Shown piece by piece: positions 44,447 to 54,143 of a DNA stretch of 64,000 nt; position 1 is the stretch's first letter, and the number at the start of each line of letters is the position of its first letter. The position numbers and the translations under genes were made by a program. The DNA comes from a virus, in IMG/VR virus record IMGVR_UViG_3300020176_000008, positions 32,608-96,607 of that record; one strand, written 5' to 3'. The notes beneath the pieces were generated by a model. It did no database searches and was not told where the DNA came from. It worked only from the letters and a program-made list of their open reading frames with translations.

Positions 44447-44827
44447 ATGATGATTACATACTCTACTAACTGGATGGGTCCGGTCAACACGGATTGGTAT
44501 CGTAGTCGAAACCTTACCATGATAAAGACTGTGGTTCAGGAAGAAGATTCTAAGTTCACCAGCCGTAAGAAAGGTGACGTCTACGAGGTAGAGGAAATAA
44601 CTCAGCATTGGGCTGGTGGCCGGATCGATATTCGTGGCGAGGGTCTTGGTCCTTATGGTGACGAGATGGGCTTGCCAATTATGCGAGATGACTGTTATAT
44701 TAGATTCAGTGATTGGTTGCATACCGTTAAGACGGATGATGTATGGACTCTTGCTCAGTTGGTCGAGTTGTACGAAAAAGACAACTCTAAGATAATCTGG
44801 GCTAATGATGTATTTGGAGATGTATAA
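44447..44827 (+). CDS. Hypothetical protein
   Basis: YSTNWMGP; coupled to next ORF. Confidence 0.6.
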   Translation: MMITYSTNWMGPVNTDWYRSRNLTMIKTVVQEEDSKFTSRKKGDVYEVEEITQHWAGGRIDIRGEGLGPYGDEMGLPIMRDDCYIRFSDWLHTVKTDDVWTLAQLVELYEKDNSKIIWANDVFGDV

Positions 44828-45051
44828 TGAACCAACAAATTAAAAACCTTGCTAAACAATGCTGGGATACTCGATTAGATGGTGTACATTTTGACCAAGA
44901 AAAGTTCGCCGAGTTGATTGTTCGCGGATGTATTGACTGTGTTCGGGGTGCCGTCCTTGCTGATGATGTTGCCTTAAGAAACAATCTTGGATTCAACGAT
45001 GGTATAGCCGAAGGCGTAGTTCATATCCAAAAACATTTCGGAGTTGAATGA
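44827..45051 (+). CDS. Hypothetical protein
   Basis: EKFAELIVRGC motif; coupled. Confidence 0.55.
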   Translation: MNQQIKNLAKQCWDTRLDGVHFDQEKFAELIVRGCIDCVRGAVLADDVALRNNLGFNDGIAEGVVHIQKHFGVE

Positions 45052-45395
45052 TGGAAGATAAACATGAACCTCTGAATCCAGAGAATGAAAAACTCATGGA
45101 TGATAAGATGGCAGAATACATGGAAGCTAATGAAGCTTTAGCAAAATCATTTGAAGAAGCTAGGATTGCGGATGAAAAAAACGCTAACGATTTTTGGGAT
45201 TCTTTATCGTATGATGATAGGTGTAATGCTTTCCATGCTGTTGTTTCTCGTCTTTTCGATGGTGATATAAAGCAGAGAGGTTCATATCGCTACGTACTAT
45301 ATGATGTCTTTAAGTTTGGTCCAGACATGTATACTCGTGGTATGGATTGTGGTTACATGGCATTGCATAATAGTATTTGCACTGACAAAATTTGA
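45048..45395 (+). CDS. Hypothetical protein
   Basis: GSYRYVLYDVF; coupled. Confidence 0.6.
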   Translation: MMEDKHEPLNPENEKLMDDKMAEYMEANEALAKSFEEARIADEKNANDFWDSLSYDDRCNAFHAVVSRLFDGDIKQRGSYRYVLYDVFKFGPDMYTRGMDCGYMALHNSICTDKI

Positions 45396-45406
45396 GGAAA
45401 AATCAT

Positions 45407-45721
45407 ATGAGCAATATTGAAGGAATTGGAGAAGTAATCTTAATTAGAGAAAATGAAGACGGTAGTGCAGATTACCAATTTATATTTCCGCCAGAGGTTT
45501 TAGATGCATTGACTAGGCTTGGGATCATGACTGCTATTAAAGCAGGTATCGATGAAGCTAAACAACTAAATCCAGAAGAATTCTTAAATGAGACCGACAC
45601 ACAAGCACGACGTGAATGGGTTGGGCTGACTGATGAGGAAAAAGGCTGGTGTGCTGCGCCTACATATGCAGAAACAATTGAACGTGTAGAAGCAAAGCTC
45701 AAGGAAAAGAACGAGTCATGA
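45407..45721 (+). CDS. Hypothetical protein
   Basis: GAGG RBS; REWVGLTDEE...EAKLKEKN. Confidence 0.55.
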   Translation: MSNIEGIGEVILIRENEDGSADYQFIFPPEVLDALTRLGIMTAIKAGIDEAKQLNPEEFLNETDTQARREWVGLTDEEKGWCAAPTYAETIERVEAKLKEKNES

Positions 45722-45948
45722 CTCCCCAAGAAATTTTTGAATATAAATTAAAGTGGGCGCCTGGTTATATCGTGTCTATTCATTCTGATTTGGATTGGGA
45801 AGCCAAAAAGTGGTGTCGTGCACATTTAGGACAATGGCAATGGGTTCATGAATCATATACTGATGTTTACGAGCACACTTATAGATTTGAACATCAGTAT
45901 CACGCAGATGAATTTGTAAATCAATTTAAGAACTGGATTACGAAATGA
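45718..45948 (+). CDS. Hypothetical protein
   Basis: YTDVYEHT.RFE motif; ATGA overlap. Confidence 0.6.
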   Translation: MTPQEIFEYKLKWAPGYIVSIHSDLDWEAKKWCRAHLGQWQWVHESYTDVYEHTYRFEHQYHADEFVNQFKNWITK

Positions 45949-46011
45949 TAGAATTATTAATATTGCTTTGGATTGGTGGAATCATTCTAGCAATTACAAC
46001 TGGAGATTGAT

Positions 46012-46194
46012 ATGGCAACATGGATTTTAATTTATACGTTTACGATACCCGAGAATCATTATTTTAATAGACCTGTTATCATGGATAATTTTACAACCCA
46101 AGCGCAATGCGAGTTAGCATTAGATTATATTAAAATGTCCTATGATCGTGTTAATATTACAGGTACCGGGCATTGCTGGGGAGAGGAAAAATGA
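46012..46194 (+). CDS. Hypothetical protein
   Basis: GGAG RBS. Confidence 0.5.
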   Translation: MATWILIYTFTIPENHYFNRPVIMDNFTTQAQCELALDYIKMSYDRVNITGTGHCWGEEK

Positions 46195-46856
46195 AAGTCG
46201 AAATCGGACCATATAAGAATTGGTTTGGACCATATCATCTAGCAGAGAAGATTTGTTTTTGGGCAAAGAAATCTGTAGTCGATAAATACGGATATAAGGA
46301 CTATCCCGAATACGTTTTTAAGCTAGGTGAATGGCTTGCGTGCGGCAAATGGCGTGGTATCGACGAGATTCCAACAAGCAAAAATAATTTATTTGCTGTG
46401 GACGAAGAAAAGAAAACTTTGTTATATAAGTTCCTTCTTTGGCGCGAAAAGAAACGTTCTAGGAAAATTAATATCCATATTGATAAATGGGATACTTGGT
46501 CAATGGATACTACATTGGCAAAAATAGTATATCCTATGTTATTGCAATTAAAAGCAACTAATCATGGATATTCAAATTGCATTGATTTGGAAGATGTTCC
46601 GGAAAATCTTAGATTTATTGATAAAAGAAATGATTATGATTATTATGGTCAACAATCATTATTTGATTATCAAGAAGAGTGTAATCCGGAATATATCAGT
46701 ATTGAAGAAGAGCGTTGGAATTGGGTTTTAGATGAGATGATATATGCATTTAGTATTTTGAATGACGAAGATAAAGTCTGGGTATCCGATGATAATGATC
46801 GTGTAAATAATGGATGTAGACTATTTGGTAAATATTACCGAGCATTATGGGATTAA
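46191..46856 (+). CDS. Conserved hypothetical protein
   Basis: IDKWDTWSMDTTLA...WNWVLDEMIYAF...LFGKYYRALWD. Confidence 0.7.
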   Translation: MKVEIGPYKNWFGPYHLAEKICFWAKKSVVDKYGYKDYPEYVFKLGEWLACGKWRGIDEIPTSKNNLFAVDEEKKTLLYKFLLWREKKRSRKINIHIDKWDTWSMDTTLAKIVYPMLLQLKATNHGYSNCIDLEDVPENLRFIDKRNDYDYYGQQSLFDYQEECNPEYISIEEERWNWVLDEMIYAFSILNDEDKVWVSDDNDRVNNGCRLFGKYYRALWD

Positions 46857-46860
46857 TATA

Positions 46861-46884
46861 AGGCAACTTCGGTTGCCTTTTTTT
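46861..46884 (+). terminator. Rho-independent terminator
   Basis: AGGCAAC-TTCG-GTTGCCT-TTTTTT. Confidence 0.92.
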
Positions 46885-46904
46885 GCCTAAAACTTCCAAA
46901 ATAG

Positions 46905-46934
46905 TGTACAAAAATACCACACATGTGGTATAAT
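46905..46934 (+). promoter_or_regulatory. Early-type promoter
   Basis: TGTACA, 18 nt, TATAAT. Confidence 0.7.
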
Positions 46935-47087
46935 GTATCTCTGGATACAAACAAAGAATATATGTCACCACAAGATCAATATGAAGCTTTTCTAAAGTAT
47001 TACGATTACAATGTTCCTAATCCAGAACAGTATCCTAAAGTATTTAAGTATTTGGTTACTATATGGAAATTATATGGAATGAAAAAG

Positions 47088-47164
47088 TAATACTTTAGTA
47101 CTACAATAATAGACACACAAAACAGTATACTATTATGTACAACAATTCGATATTTTGGTATAAT
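47088..47164 (+). promoter_or_regulatory. Palindrome plus early-type promoter
   Basis: TAATACTTTAGTACTA (47088-47103); TGTACA (47136-47141), 17 nt, TATAAT. Confidence 0.8.
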
Positions 47165-47194
47165 AGTACCATACCAACCAAACAGGACAAAATA

Positions 47195-47458
47195 ATGACT
47201 GAATTCGAATCAAAGTGCTATGGTATGTCAGAAGCCGATATCCGCGAAGAGTACATGGAATCGATCACTGCTAAGTGCGGTGGCTTGGAAATGGTCGTTA
47301 TGAGCATTTTGTCAGATGCTCAAGAGATCTTGGCTTTCCAAAGTCCTGATGGTTGGTTGAAGCCGGTAAGTCCTCGCGACGCTGACACGGCTCGCAAGCA
47401 GATGAACATTGCTAAGTTCATCCTCTCTGAAATGATCAAATCTAAGGTGGCTGCATAG
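47195..47458 (+). CDS. Hypothetical early protein
   Basis: CAGGA RBS after promoter. Confidence 0.6.
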   Translation: MTEFESKCYGMSEADIREEYMESITAKCGGLEMVVMSILSDAQEILAFQSPDGWLKPVSPRDADTARKQMNIAKFILSEMIKSKVAA

Positions 47459-47487
47459 TGTACAAGAATTCGATATTTTGGTATAAT
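47459..47487 (+). promoter_or_regulatory. Early-type promoter
   Basis: TGTACA, 17 nt, TATAAT; near-duplicate of 47136. Confidence 0.8.
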
Positions 47488-47517
47488 AGTACTGTACTGA
47501 CCAAATAGGACAAAATA

Positions 47518-47709
47518 ATGTCAAACGAAACAACCCACACTTTCGATGTCTCTTACGATTGCCCACTTCAAATTTTCCTTCAATTCCTCCACGACAACAA
47601 TCTAAAATTGGAATCTTTCATCCCAATGGGTCCAGGGGGCGGAAATCCCGAAATTACCGTTTCCGGATCTTTCGATCAAATTCAATCAATACGTTCTTTC
47701 AAATTTTGA
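47518..47709 (+). CDS. Hypothetical early protein
   Basis: TAGGA RBS; GPGGGNPEITV. Confidence 0.6.
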   Translation: MSNETTHTFDVSYDCPLQIFLQFLHDNNLKLESFIPMGPGGGNPEITVSGSFDQIQSIRSFKF

Positions 47710-47739
47710 TTGACTTTCACTAAAAAAAGAAACTATATT

Positions 47740-47895
47740 ATGTACGAAGTAACTATTAAAACAAATACCGGTGAATTGAATTTGATTGCACGTTCGCATA
47801 CTGCAATTAATAATTTAATGGACATGTTTAAAGGTTGTGAGATTGATATTAAAGCAATCTCTGCAGTTGAAGTTAATACTACAATGGAACAGTAA
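47740..47895 (+). CDS. Hypothetical protein
   Basis: Small ORF in early chain. Confidence 0.45.
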   Translation: MYEVTIKTNTGELNLIARSHTAINNLMDMFKGCEIDIKAISAVEVNTTMEQ

Positions 47896-48025
47896 TGGTA
47901 ATACTCATTTATTCATTAGCCATCATTTTTTCTATTATTGGCGCAATTACAAATGATCCATCGCCAATATTGGCTGCATTTATCATGATCGCGCTCGTAT
48001 CAATAAACGATTGGATATTTAAAAA

Positions 48026-48253
48026 ATGAAAGAGTTTAACGGTAAACTATACAATAATCGTCACGGCGGTCCGTTCGATCGTGGTTCAGCTGACAGTTGG
48101 TATAATCGTGGCGTTTATCCTCACTATTATCTTGGTGCTACATATGACTCAGTTCGAATTGAAGAGGTCGATATGAGCGAGAAGGAAGTTGCTGACTATA
48201 TGGCAGGTTATGAGTATAATGAACTGTATGGCGATAAAAAGGAATACGTATGA
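48026..48253 (+). CDS. Conserved hypothetical protein
   Basis: RHGGPFDRGSADSWY...YMAGY. Confidence 0.7.
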   Translation: MKEFNGKLYNNRHGGPFDRGSADSWYNRGVYPHYYLGATYDSVRIEEVDMSEKEVADYMAGYEYNELYGDKKEYV

Positions 48254-48525
48254 AAAAATCAGAAAAGTCATCAACTGGCGGTAAAATTGTTTATATTGAA
48301 ACCGGCCTAATTCATATTCCGCACTCAGGTGCTTACTCCGGCCGTGCGGCTGAGGAAGGCGTCGAAGTTAAGGCATATGACGCACCAAAGCGTGGTCGTG
48401 GCCGTCCTCGTCTAGACTCGTATGCAAAATACGATTTTAGTGCTTTTACTACTGACGTGAAGGTTCCTACATGGAAAGGCCAATCGCGTGTTTACGTAAA
48501 GTTGACTGATGATGATCACGCATAA
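48250..48525 (+). CDS. Hypothetical protein with AT-hook-like motif
   Basis: KRGRGRPR. Confidence 0.55.
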   Translation: MKKSEKSSTGGKIVYIETGLIHIPHSGAYSGRAAEEGVEVKAYDAPKRGRGRPRLDSYAKYDFSAFTTDVKVPTWKGQSRVYVKLTDDDHA

Positions 48526-48916
48526 TCCAACGACGGATGTCGAAGCCGTAATTAAACATTACGGGAATAAAGACGGCGTAAATATCAAGTATTGTTGTAC
48601 TACAGAGCTTAATGTAAGCGATCAGGTATTTGATATTTTTTATAGGGAGACGCCACATCCTGAATTCGGTAATAGGTATTTCGGTTTACACGTCACGCCT
48701 TCTAAAGCTGTCTACATAACTAATGCTGATATTGTGGAAAGCTTTGATTTTGGGATGATTAAAGATGCAAAAGGAAACTATCATTATAGTAGATCTCATC
48801 ACGACTTTGTTACTATAGATCGAAGCATGGTTGATGGTGGTAGAAAGTATATTCGATCTGGAGGTAGATTGACTTATTTTAAGTTAATTAATGGAATTTT
48901 GGAGAAATCAGAATGA
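48509..48916 (+). CDS. Conserved hypothetical protein
   Basis: YSRSHHDF...VDGGRKYIR. Confidence 0.65.
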   Translation: MMITHNPTTDVEAVIKHYGNKDGVNIKYCCTTELNVSDQVFDIFYRETPHPEFGNRYFGLHVTPSKAVYITNADIVESFDFGMIKDAKGNYHYSRSHHDFVTIDRSMVDGGRKYIRSGGRLTYFKLINGILEKSE

Positions 48917-49353
48917 AAAAACTAATCTTTACGACATTATTAATTAGTACAGCCGCTGTCGCACAGGCCCAAGAAATATTGGACCACTATCGCACAGTCA
49001 CGCGACGAGTTCCTAATACTCAACTAGTTTGTCAGCAAGTAAGCGTCCCAGTTTACGGTCATACGTCAGAGCCTGGTCCGGGAGGCATGATACTAGGTGC
49101 AATCGTAGGTAATGCAATTGGTCGTGCTGCGGGAGTGAGTGGAGGTCAGACTGCTGGAACTATTATCGGCGGTATTGCTGGCAATGAAATATCTCGTGGG
49201 CAACAACGTGCACGAGTTACTGAATACCGCACTGAAGAACGTTGCACGAATCAAACTACGTACAGCATAGTTAGTGAGGAAGTATACTCCCATTCAACTA
49301 TCACGTTTACTGATAGAGATGGCCGTCGACGTATTGCACGATTTAACCGTTAA
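48913..49353 (+). CDS. Exported glycine-zipper protein
   Basis: Signal peptide; GAIVGNAIG...GTIIGGIAG. Confidence 0.75.
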   Translation: MKKLIFTTLLISTAAVAQAQEILDHYRTVTRRVPNTQLVCQQVSVPVYGHTSEPGPGGMILGAIVGNAIGRAAGVSGGQTAGTIIGGIAGNEISRGQQRARVTEYRTEERCTNQTTYSIVSEEVYSHSTITFTDRDGRRRIARFNR

Positions 49354-49658
49354 TAAGGAAATATTATGTCAGACTTCGAAACACATGAAATTGGAACCGC
49401 AACTGAGTTGCGTCTATCACGCGCTTTGGCGAGAGAGATTGAATCGACAATACAACAATATGGTTTAGTGATTCCTGGAAACGTGTTACAATGTTATTAT
49501 GCATTAATGAATCACTACGCCAAGGCGTTACAAAATGCGTAACTTAGTAATTTGCCGTATAATTAAAATCCTGAAAGAATATCCAGATCTGGATACAGAG
49601 GTTTCTATGCAATACGGTAATATTAATTCTTTATCAAATATAGAGCTACTAAATCTCT

Positions 49659-49913
49659 ATGAATCGTTATTATGTGAGGATGATTATGAAAATTAAATCT
49701 ATTGGTGGTATGATAAGTGTATTTGTTATAGCTGTTGTATTGTATATAATTTTTGCATTGATCATGGGTGCTGTTGTGGCTATGTTGTGGAATGTCTCCA
49801 TTGCTGTCGCCGTTTCTGGAATCGCAGAACTAACCTGGGCACAAGGAGCTGCAATTCTTATCCTATGCAATCTTCTATTCAATTCTTCAGCAGCAGCATT
49901 CAATAAAAAGTAA
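49659..49913 (+). CDS. Small membrane protein
   Basis: Two hydrophobic segments. Confidence 0.5.
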   Translation: MNRYYVRMIMKIKSIGGMISVFVIAVVLYIIFALIMGAVVAMLWNVSIAVAVSGIAELTWAQGAAILILCNLLFNSSAAAFNKK

Positions 49914-49931
49914 CTGTGGTATAATAGGTCT

Positions 49932-50474
49932 ATGAAAATCTACTTAGATATGGACGGAGTACTGGCTGACTTTGAAAGCCGGTTTGAAAAGATGTTCGGC
50001 AAGCGTCCTGAAAACAAAGCCGATAAGCTTGATCACTTCAACAAGAACTGGAAGCAGTTTGTAAATACCGCCCAATTCATGGACCTAGATCTTATGCCAG
50101 GTGCATTAGAACTAATTCAAGAATGTAAATCTTTGAATGTTCCGATCGAGATACTATCATCAACAAGTAACATAGATGACCACCGGGCAGTTAGTTGTCA
50201 AAAAGCTTTTTGGCTTGGACGCAATAACATTGCTTTCAAAAGTAATTTTGTGCCCGGTGGTGATAAAAAGGCTGAGTTTGCTGCACCATGGAATATATTG
50301 ATTGACGATTCTACGTATGTGACGGAGTTGTATAGAGCTGCTGGCGGAACTACTATATTACACACCGATTTAAATACAACAGTTAAAAAGTTACACGAAC
50401 TGCATTTGGAATGGAATTCACATGAACATTTTTTATCTACACCAATCACCGCGCGAATGCGCAGAACAACATAA
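49932..50474 (+). CDS. HAD-family 5'(3')-deoxyribonucleotidase
   Basis: IYLDMDGVLADF, ILSS, ILIDDS. Confidence 0.85.
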   Translation: MKIYLDMDGVLADFESRFEKMFGKRPENKADKLDHFNKNWKQFVNTAQFMDLDLMPGALELIQECKSLNVPIEILSSTSNIDDHRAVSCQKAFWLGRNNIAFKSNFVPGGDKKAEFAAPWNILIDDSTYVTELYRAAGGTTILHTDLNTTVKKLHELHLEWNSHEHFLSTPITARMRRTT

Positions 50475-51039
50475 TGACAAACATGTCGTTAAAATGATTT
50501 TAGAATATGCTCAACTTCTCTCTACCGCTCATCGTATTCTTGATGGCACTCCTTCTGTGATTCTCAGTAACAAAGGACGACGCAAAACAGTTCATACTTT
50601 GCCTGATCATCGTGACGTTTTACTCTATAGTGCTACTCACGCAAATCATCCGTCTGCTATTTGGGCAAGACAGTCAGATAAAAACTACGATTGGCTGTTT
50701 TCCTTATTCCAAGAATTGATGTCTGAGTATACTTACCGTTATGGTAAGGTCCACGCATCTTCTCGTTTAGAAATTGCACTATCTAGATTGCCAACCAATA
50801 TTCCTCAAGCAGAATTTACCGGTCCTACTCCGGCGATGCCTGATGAATATAAGGTATATGGTAATTCTATTGAGTCATATCACAATTACTACGTAGGATC
50901 TAAGCATGAAATGTCGCGATGGACTAACAGACCTATGCCAGAGTGGTTCGCTGAAGGTATAAATAAAAAGTACGATCATGATTGCTACATTTTTATGAAA
51001 AATAATCGTACAATATCAACCTCAACAATCCATATTTGA
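50422..51039 (+). CDS. Pyrimidine-dimer DNA glycosylase (DenV-family)-like protein
   Basis: MNIFYL...DKHVVKMILEYAQLLSTAH...NHPSAIWAR. Confidence 0.75.
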   Translation: MNIFYLHQSPRECAEQHNDKHVVKMILEYAQLLSTAHRILDGTPSVILSNKGRRKTVHTLPDHRDVLLYSATHANHPSAIWARQSDKNYDWLFSLFQELMSEYTYRYGKVHASSRLEIALSRLPTNIPQAEFTGPTPAMPDEYKVYGNSIESYHNYYVGSKHEMSRWTNRPMPEWFAEGINKKYDHDCYIFMKNNRTISTSTIHI

Positions 51040-51272
51040 CTATGCCTACATATAAATTTTATGATACTGTGACCAATGAAGAATTTGAGAAGTTCATGAG
51101 TATCTCATCACGAGACAAATACCTGAGCGAAAACCCACATATAGAATCTCGAATCAATGGTTCGCCCATGATCGGAGACCCAATTAGGTTAGGCCGGGGC
51201 GACGTCGGAGGATTTAAAGAAGTATTACAGAACATTCATCGAAGGAATCCAGGCAGCAAAATGGATATTTAA
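51036..51272 (+). CDS. Small conserved protein (FmdB-like ribbon)
   Basis: MPTYKF...EFEKFMSIS...GFKEVL. Confidence 0.65.
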   Translation: MTMPTYKFYDTVTNEEFEKFMSISSRDKYLSENPHIESRINGSPMIGDPIRLGRGDVGGFKEVLQNIHRRNPGSKMDI

Positions 51273-51291
51273 ACGTAAATTAAGGATTTTC

Positions 51292-52059
51292 ATGGTAACA
51301 AAAAGAAAAACTACAGTTGATAGTGGAGCCGATGATGGCACCGCAAAGCCAAAAGTCAATCATAGTTTAAAAATTCGAATTGATGATCTTAAAACTTTTG
51401 AGCCATTGACCGATAATCAAAGGTTATTTTATGATGCTTATAAACAAGGAGACTACTTTATTGCGTTACATGGAGTAGCTGGTACAGGTAAAACTTTTAT
51501 TGCCCTTTATAAGGCATTGGAAGAAGTGTTGGATAAATCAAATCCATTTGATAAAATAATCATTGTACGTTCAGCTGTTCCATCAAGGGAAGTCGGTCAT
51601 TTGCCAGGTGACCTAAATGAGAAAACTGAAATTTATCGCCAACCATATCAACAGATTTGTACAACACTGTTTGGTCGTCCAGATGCATATCAGCGTCTAG
51701 AAGAACAAAAGCATATCGAATTTATTTCCACTTCGTTTATTCGCGGTATGAGTTTCGATGATGCAATCATTATTGTTGATGAGATGCAAAACTTAACGTA
51801 CGAAGAAATTGATACAGTTATGACTCGAGTTGGTTACCGTTCCAAGATTATTTGGTGTGGAGACTATCGTCAGACTGACTTGAATAAAAAGAAAAATGAC
51901 ATGTCAGGCATTTTAAAGTTCTTTGATATTGCAATGCACATGAGAGCATTCACTAGAATTGAATTTACGCCTGCTGACATTGTGCGTAGTTCCTTGGTTA
52001 AGGACTACATTTTAGCTAAACTTAAATACGAAGACCACGTAGAAGGAGTACACGAATGA
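51292..52059 (+). CDS. phoH: PhoH family ATPase
   Basis: GVAGTGKT, GHLPG, FIRGMSF, IVDEMQN, GDYRQTD, DIVRS. Confidence 0.95.
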   Translation: MVTKRKTTVDSGADDGTAKPKVNHSLKIRIDDLKTFEPLTDNQRLFYDAYKQGDYFIALHGVAGTGKTFIALYKALEEVLDKSNPFDKIIIVRSAVPSREVGHLPGDLNEKTEIYRQPYQQICTTLFGRPDAYQRLEEQKHIEFISTSFIRGMSFDDAIIIVDEMQNLTYEEIDTVMTRVGYRSKIIWCGDYRQTDLNKKKNDMSGILKFFDIAMHMRAFTRIEFTPADIVRSSLVKDYILAKLKYEDHVEGVHE

Positions 52060-52520
52060 AACTATCCCCAAATTTTTCCCTAGCGGAAATGACGAAGAGC
52101 GACACCGCCCTTCGTTTAGATATGGACAATACACCGGCCGATGAAGAAATCGCCAATATGACTGCGCTTGCAGAAAACGTCTTGCAAAAAGTGCGTGATC
52201 ACTTTGGTAAAGGTGTTAAGGTCAATTCTGGATTCCGTCACCCCGATGTGAACGGTGCAGTTGGAGGTTCTAAGACTTCTGATCACTGTAAAGGTATGGC
52301 TGCTGATATTGAGATCCCAGGCGTTGCTAATGCCGATCTTGCTGAATGGATTGTTGAAAACTGCGACTTCCGTCAAGTGATCCTCGAGTTCTACACACCA
52401 GGTATTCCTGATTCTGGTTGGGTACATGTATCATATAATCCGGATGATAATAAGAAGCAAGTGTTGACTGCCATGAAAGAAAATGGCAAAACTGTATATA
52501 AGACTGGATTGATTGCTTAA
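52056..52520 (+). CDS. Peptidase M15 endolysin
   Basis: NSGFR, SDHCKGMAADI, WVHVSY. Confidence 0.9.
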   Translation: MKLSPNFSLAEMTKSDTALRLDMDNTPADEEIANMTALAENVLQKVRDHFGKGVKVNSGFRHPDVNGAVGGSKTSDHCKGMAADIEIPGVANADLAEWIVENCDFRQVILEFYTPGIPDSGWVHVSYNPDDNKKQVLTAMKENGKTVYKTGLIA

Positions 52521-53173
52521 TGTTCACTCATATTTCCCATGATATCGCTAAACTTAAACGTGTGGATTCCCCGGCTGGTAGAGTATATCAGACCCCGGAA
52601 GGTAAATCCTATCCATCCGTCACAGCCGTTACGGGACTTCATGGGAAACAAGCAATCCTCGAATGGAGGAAACGGGTCGGAGAAGAGGAAGCAAACCGAA
52701 TCTCTGCCCGTGCTGCCAACAGAGGAACTCGTATACACACGCTCTGCGAAGATTATCTATCAAACAAAACCCCCGAAGTTTCAATGTTTGATTTAGAAGC
52801 GTATACTTCAATCCGAAAAGAGCTAGATAATATTGATAACATTCATTGCCTCGAAACTAAGCTATATTCAGACTATCTCCAGGTTGCTGGAACAGTTGAT
52901 TGTATTGCCGAATATAAAGGTAAAATGTCGGTGATCGACTTTAAGACTTCTAAGCGAGTTAAGTCTCGTGAAGATATTCATAATTATTTCATGCAAACTG
53001 CTGCTTATGCAGTAATGTTTGAAGAAAGAACTAAAATACCTGTCTCTAAGTTGATCGTCTTAATGGCAGTAGATGATGAGAAAGATCCAATAGTATTTGT
53101 TGAAAATAGAGATGATTGGATTAATGGATTCATCGATCTTAGAGAGGAATATAAATCATGGAAAAATATCTAA
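52520..53173 (+). CDS. Cas4-like PD-(D/E)XK exonuclease
   Basis: YPSVT, RGTRIH, AGTVDCIA, IDFKTS, QTAAYA. Confidence 0.88.
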   Translation: MFTHISHDIAKLKRVDSPAGRVYQTPEGKSYPSVTAVTGLHGKQAILEWRKRVGEEEANRISARAANRGTRIHTLCEDYLSNKTPEVSMFDLEAYTSIRKELDNIDNIHCLETKLYSDYLQVAGTVDCIAEYKGKMSVIDFKTSKRVKSREDIHNYFMQTAAYAVMFEERTKIPVSKLIVLMAVDDEKDPIVFVENRDDWINGFIDLREEYKSWKNI

Positions 53174-53490
53174 TAGGATTATTTGCTGCTTTCGCGTTAA
53201 GCTTTTCGCATGCAGCCAATGATGATATTAAAATTCTTAAGCAAGAGTCACAGTGCGCAACGTCAGAACTAGCACTGAGACTTTTAGATGAGTTTGAAGA
53301 ATACGCGACTATCAAGGGTATGACCATTCGTAATGAAGGTGAGTACTCTATGGTGATTTTTGTTAATCCAGAATCTGGTACCTGGACCATGCTCGAAAAT
53401 CATTCTGACTATTACTGTATTATTGCTAGCGGAGAAAATTTCGGAATAAATATAGATGCTATTAACCCTTCTTTAGACCCGAAGTGGTAA
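53158..53490 (+). CDS. Exported hypothetical protein
   Basis: Signal peptide; NPESGTWT...CIIASG. Confidence 0.6.
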   Translation: MEKYLIGLFAAFALSFSHAANDDIKILKQESQCATSELALRLLDEFEEYATIKGMTIRNEGEYSMVIFVNPESGTWTMLENHSDYYCIIASGENFGINIDAINPSLDPKW

Positions 53491-53653
53491 TATGCAAATC
53501 GTGATATAATGAGAGGATATCTTATCATTATGTTCAATGATTGGATTAGGTATAATTCAATAGATGATGTAAGCACATTCGTTGCTCTTGCGGCGAATGC
53601 ATTAAATCGTTCTCGAGAAGAAATACTTGAGTGCATAGAAGGAGAAATGGCTG

Positions 53654-54136
53654 ATGAAAAAGCTAATAGTATCGATGGCGCTAATAATGGCAACTCTGAC
53701 GAAGGCTGAAGCTTTACCAGAATTTCCACAGTACTCAGTATATACTGAAGAAGATATTACCTGGTTGACCAAGAATATATATTTCGAGGCGGCAAATCAA
53801 GCTACTGCAGGAAGAATTGCAGTAATGATGGTAACTCTTAATAGGGTCTCTCACGATAGGTTTCCGGATAATATTAAAGACGTCGTCACACAAGGAGGCA
53901 CTAGGTTAAATCGATGCCAATTCTCTTGGTATTGTGACGGTAAGTCTGATAAGGTTAGAGATTGGGAAGCATTCAACGAGATCAAAGTATTAGTATATAC
54001 ATATATGCAGATAGCTAGCAAAATGACTGATATTACTAGTGGTGCAATATATTACCATGCGACGTATGTAAACCCTAAATGGGCTTCAGAAAAGAAAAAG
54101 ATAATCAGAATCGGTGACCACATATTTTACAAGTGA
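53654..54136 (+). CDS. Cell wall hydrolase (SleB/Hydrolase_2)
   Basis: NIYFEA...V.LNRV...CQFSWYCDG...YYHA...IGDHIFY. Confidence 0.9.
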   Translation: MKKLIVSMALIMATLTKAEALPEFPQYSVYTEEDITWLTKNIYFEAANQATAGRIAVMMVTLNRVSHDRFPDNIKDVVTQGGTRLNRCQFSWYCDGKSDKVRDWEAFNEIKVLVYTYMQIASKMTDITSGAIYYHATYVNPKWASEKKKIIRIGDHIFYK

Positions 54137-54143
54137 GGATTTT

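Noticed and set aside
52520-53173. Cas4 as evidence of a CRISPR system
   Set aside because: Stand-alone Cas4-like exonucleases are common in T4-like phages; no array or other cas genes
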